A stretch of 63,590 nt of DNA, the filler included, from Reclinomonas americana ATCC 50394 (Eukaryota): assembly GCA_048213135.1 (NCBI GenBank). It is 5 parts of 4 records of this genome, joined end to end, with 100 filler letters (N's around TTAATTAATTAA, not from the genome) between each part and the next. Parts side by side here need not be neighbours in the genome. Positions count along the whole stretch, not along the records: positions 62,124 to 63,590 come from PS015901.1; 4 more parts are not named here. One strand, written 5' to 3'. The stretch's first letter is position 1, and each line of letters opens with the position of its first letter. Positions 63,544 through 63,590 of the stretch are shown here, one piece after another. Below the pieces are notes generated by a model. It was given only the letters and a program-made list of their open reading frames with translations, made no database searches and was not told where the DNA came from. A program made the position numbers and the translations under genes.

Positions 63544-63590
<47 letters not shown>
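63010..63590. repeat. Intronic direct repeats and CA/CACG microsatellites
   Basis: tccaacacg.acatgcagcttctctc..cagcctcttctcaggcatacacatattgatctcat is duplicated (~63061 and ~63286); (CA)n at the window end. Confidence 0.75.

Noticed and set aside
1..63590. Alternative genetic code
   Set aside because: TAA, TAG and TGA all terminate recognisable genes, and in-frame stops are explained by introns, apart from one probable sequencing frameshift.

Overview
Eukaryotic, GC-rich, intron-dense protist genomic scaffold. It looks like a 454-era assembly: N gaps, TTAATTAATTAA spacer gaps and one read-through paired-end linker. Genes are tightly packed, with mostly ~55-100 nt introns plus a few long repeat-filled ones. 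In order: EF-hand protein 3' end (+), multipass membrane protein (-), ARM+SPRY-like protein (-), IP3 receptor (-), Myb TF (-), an unknown gene (+), a tandem-duplicated pair of unknown genes (-), a highly degenerate G-alpha-like protein (+), an ankyrin/coiled-coil/IRAK-Pelle-like kinase (-), a GT61-like glycosyltransferase (+), a second Myb (-), a LIV-1 ZIP transporter (+), CEP290 (-), ARPC4 (+), a degenerate cyclase with two receiver domains (+), biotin-protein ligase (-), NSE3/MAGE (+) and an unknown gene (-). The main finding is a second class of 5' splice sites. About 37 hand-reconstructed introns, roughly a quarter to a third of those examined, use a donor shifted by one nucleotide (|GTTGCGT, |GTTTCGT, |GTTGAGT, even |GCTGCG, with G at +6 rather than +5). 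These almost always follow an exon ending in a base other than G, whereas ordinary GTGCGT/GTGAGT donors mostly follow an exon-terminal G. All gene models and counts were made by eye from reading frames and recalled protein motifs, with no RNA evidence.
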